Part shown: one piece after another, positions 62,413 through 64,000 of the stretch | Layout: every line of letters begins with the position of its first letter | How positions within the stretch are numbered: position 1 is the first letter of the stretch | NCBI RefSeq assembly: GCF_001194135.2 | Contig: NC_068982.1 | Location: 93,457,301 to 93,521,300 of the forward strand | DNA: 64,000 nucleotides | Source of the DNA: Octopus bimaculoides | Taxonomy: Eukaryota | Reading direction: 5' to 3' | Made by a program: the position numbers and the translations under genes | The notes under the pieces: generated by a model | The model's input: the letters and a program-made list of their open reading frames with translations, nothing else | Database searches by the model: none | Told to the model about the DNA's origin: nothing

Positions 62413-63597
62413 GATATATATTAAGGATACAAATGAATCATACTTAAATGATGGCACCAAGTTGGGTTGAATTAACTTGTAAACAGCACCTTTGATCGAA
62501 TAAATATCTTGGGTATCGAAGTACATCCAGTGAAATATTCAGGTTATGTATACAGAGAATTTAACCCTTATGAGTATTTTAAAAGCCTTTGGGCAAATCC
62601 AAAAGTGTACTTTGTATTGATCATACAGTATTTGATATACTCCAGAATGTCCAATGGGTCGGGATTTCAGTGAGGTATATTATGAGTAAATAAATTACAT
62701 GCAGTCAATACGTGTCACTTTGTGACACTTTTCTGTCATTTGTTATTTATTTGTGGTGTGTGTGTGTGTGTGCATGTGTGTGTATATATATANNNNNNNN
62801 NNNNNNNNNNNNNNNNNNNNNNNNNNNNNNNNNNNNNNNNNNNNNNNNNNNNNNNNNNNNNNNNNNNNNNNNNNNNNNNNNNNNNNNNNNNNNNNNNNNN
62901 NNNNNNNNNNNNNNNNNNNNNNNNNNNNNNNNNNNNNNNNNNNNNNNNNNNNNNNNNNNNNNNNNNNNNNNNNNNNNNNNNNNNNNNNNNNNNNNNNNNN
63001 NNNNNNNNNNNNNNNNNNNNNNNNNNNNNNNNNNNNNNNNNNNNNNNNNNNNNNNNNNNNNNNNNNNNNNNNNNNNNNNNNNNNNNNNNNNNNNNNNNNN
63101 NNNNNNNNNNNNNNNNNNNNNNNNNNNNNNNNNNNNNNNNNNNNNNNNNNNNNNNNNNNNNNNNNNNNNNNNNNNNNNNNNNNNNNNNNNNNNNNNNNNN
63201 NNNNNNNNNNNNNNNNNNNNNNNNNNNNNNNNNNNNNNNNNNNNNNNNNNNNNNNNNACATTATATTATGTCTATTTATTTATTTTTTGAATAGTTTTAT
63301 AATTGTCTTTTAAAAAAATAAATAAATAGACATAATATAATGTCTAAAAGTTGATGAATACCACCTCTTGATCCCCTCCATTTTCTTATTGCTATATATA
63401 TATGTGTATGTGTGTGTGTGTATGAATATATATTTATATGAATATACACACACACACATATATATATATATACATATAAATTTGACATGGGTGATTCTTT
63501 CTTGTCTTGGGATTCACGGTCAAACGGCTGAGTGGAATTGCGCGAAAAATAACGTAGATGTGTAGAATGATCCGGTGGTGATGCTGGGCTTTCTATT

Positions 63598-63770
63598 TTT
63601 TCATAGCTCCCATGGTTACCGAGATAATCTACTATAATAACACTCTTGTGTTTATGAATGAAAAAGGAAAGTGTCATGTCATATTTTTTTCATAGCTCCC
63701 ATGGTTACCGAGATAATCTACTATAATAATACTCTTGTGTTTACGAATGAGAAAGGAAGGGGTGATGTCA
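63598..63770. repeat. Two-copy about 90-bp direct repeat
   Basis: TTTTCATAGCTCCCATGGTTACCGAGATAATCTACTATAATAA.ACTCTTGTGTTTA at about 63598 and 63688. Confidence 0.85.
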
Positions 63771-64000
63771 TACTTGGTAGTGGGATGATGAAAATTGTAC
63801 ACTGAAAAAAATAAATCAAACAGTGTTTCAACTCTGTGTGAATATATGTGTGTGTATGTAAAAGGGAGGTATGAGAATGTGTGCGTATGTGTGTGTGTGT
63901 TTGTGTGTGTGTGTGTGCTTGTGTGTGTGTGTGTGTGTGCGTGTGCGTGTGCATACGCAATGGAAGTGGGATGGTTCATTTTTGTTCGCTTTTTGGGTTT

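Noticed and set aside
124-63313. Long ORFs in the track at 124-677, 31729-32740, 47863-48972, 50833-51175, 54465-54788 and 62712-63313
   Set aside because: They are open only because they run through N gaps or (TA)n/(CA)n microsatellites. Only the mariner ends are real coding sequence.
1-64000. Strand-biased TE array suggesting a piRNA cluster
   Set aside because: Many elements are on the minus strand, but the piggyBac, mariner, several RTE tails, SINEs and a PLE are on the plus strand. The bias is too weak to claim without small-RNA data.

Overview
AT-rich, gap-containing eukaryotic draft-genome sequence made almost entirely of decayed transposable elements and microsatellites. The repeat families look cephalopod (Octopus-like); this is inferred from recognition of the repeats, not from a database search. 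I found no rRNA, true tRNA gene, CRISPR array or intact recognisable host CDS. Well-supported elements: a full-length decayed piggyBac (18569-21000, TTAA TSD); a Mos1/Hsmar-type mariner (31568-32840, TA TSD) splitting an RTE LINE; many RTE fragments and 3' tails; tRNA-derived SINEs; two Helitron derivatives with CTAG/hairpin ends; hAT MITEs with 8-bp TSDs; Penelope-like elements, including an inverted pair carrying hammerhead-like motifs; and CR1-like and Tc1/maT-like relics. Three observations stand out. (1) A cluster of four ORF1-only (CCHC knuckle) Tx1/L1-like retroelements at 2.3-9.6 kb, two of them stacked at the same base of a SINE head. (2) A cryptic minus-strand chain of phase-compatible exons at about 21-26 kb, absent from the ORF track and carrying stops and frameshifts. 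(3) A multi-layer nested TE structure at 57.6-61.5 kb. All alignments and translations were done by eye, so boundaries without a TSD are approximate.
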